Shown here: in pieces, positions 63,007 to 64,000 of the stretch
Position numbering within the stretch: position 1 is the first letter of the stretch
Layout: each line of letters opens with the position of its first letter
Assembly (NCBI GenBank): GCA_040285825.1
Contig: JAUPSS010000008.1
Coordinates: 434,001 to 498,000 of the forward strand
Length of the DNA stretch: 64,000 nucleotides
Direction of reading: 5' to 3'
Origin: Eukaryota sp. TZLM1-RC
Taxonomy: Eukaryota > Protista > Metamonada: BaSk clade
Notes under the pieces: generated by a model
Databases searched by the model: none
Seen by the model: only the letters and a program-made list of their open reading frames with translations
Told to the model about the DNA's origin: nothing
Position numbers and translations under genes: made by a program

Positions 63007-63389
63007 ATACCAGTTAATTTTCCACCCATTCAATTTTTGTTGGTAATAAATCATTCTCCTCATCAACAGGTTTCACTGCTGCTTTCATCAATGGTTGGTG
63101 AAAAACACATTTCATCAATATGCAAACAAGTAGAACCACAAGAGAATGAACCAAGTTTCTACAGTATTGACAAGTTTAGTTGAGTGTAATTATGTTTTGC
63201 ATTCCACTTTGAACTCCTTTCCATTTTCTGAGTTCTTTATTGCTCAATATGTTTCACAACTTTGATTTTCTTGGGAACACGATGATATGATACTTGAGGC
63301 ATAAGATAACAAGAGTAAGGAGTAATTTTATTAGATTTCACTCGCTATCACTAGTGAAGTCTATTACACACTAGAGTAATTGTCCACAG
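63007..63389 (-). mobile_element. Left end and decayed N-terminus of a probable Fanzor element (family E), cut off by the family C right end
   Basis: TA|CTGTGGACAATTA at 63389, ATG at 63302, then MPQVSYHRVPKKIKL*NILSNKEL, loosely similar to Fanzor1 N-termini. Confidence 0.45.
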
Positions 63390-63769
63390 TACAACACTAG
63401 CTTTTCCCCCTCTTTCATCTCAAAAGACAGCTATGAGAATTGAGCAATAAGAATTGAGCAGGTTCTTGAGCAATAAACTTTTATTGGATTTCACATCTTC
63501 AATGAGAAAAGGGTTCAGCTAAACATCACTCACTTATTAATAACAATTGTAGACCAACGGTATTGTAAAGGCTAGTGAGTGATTGAAGAGAAAGTTTAGA
63601 GTGGTATTTAATCAATAATCATCTATAGAAACACGCATTGTTTGAGTTAGCAAAATTGAAACAAAATGTTTATAAAACTATCCAACATTGAGGAATTGGA
63701 TCCCTATTCGTTATAACTACTATTAATTTGATAATAAATTAGCTATAATTCTTTGCTAATGTTGAGCCA

Positions 63770-64000
63770 TAGAGAGATTTGAAGTAAAATTAATAAATAA
63801 TGGATAAATAAGTTTCACAAAATAGCATTGTAGTGATGGGTGATAAAAGCAAACCAATTTTAAGCATAAAGCACCTACAAAGAATGTTGGTTATCGAAAG
63901 GTGTTTAAAAACCGTAACTTCCGTCTATTACTGGATAATTATATAACTAGTCCTCGATGTCATGCATGTGTACGCAAGGGGAAAGAAGGTGAAAAAGTAA
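63770..64000 (+). pseudogene. Second family D Fanzor remnant; runs off the window end
   Basis: Nucleotide match to 43128..43365 (VVMGD..HKAPTKNVGY..LLDNYITS..CHACVRKGKEGEKV). Confidence 0.85.

Noticed and set aside
1-64000. Stop-codon reassignment explaining interrupted ORFs
   Set aside because: Host genes are intact under the standard code and end in TAA, TAG or TGA; interruptions are confined to decayed elements or homopolymers

Overview
AT-rich, gene-compact eukaryotic (protist-like) DNA. About 9 host genes (NXF1/Mex67-like, FAM228-like, MGRN1/LOG2-type RING E3, TRAFD1/XAF1-like, NCKX exchanger, CaMKK-like kinase with a 34-nt intron, others) sit among dense mobile-element debris: a nearly intact 7.4-kb Ty3/gypsy LTR element, many CRE-like (RT + restriction-like endonuclease) non-LTR fragments, and remnants of MULE, tyrosine-recombinase, IS630/Tc1 and hAT elements. 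The main signal is a cluster of Fanzor (eukaryotic TnpB-like RNA-guided nuclease) elements from at least four divergent families: five full-length or near full-length genes plus remnants. Several element ends share the signature TA|CTGTG...CACAG|TA, and structured non-coding 3' tails (candidate omegaRNAs) end where duplicate copies diverge into different candidate guides. Two outward-facing Fanzors bound a 9.2-kb TA-flanked composite (47340-56551) assembled from two other parts of this window. All calls are from manual motif reading and by-eye alignment; no searches were run.
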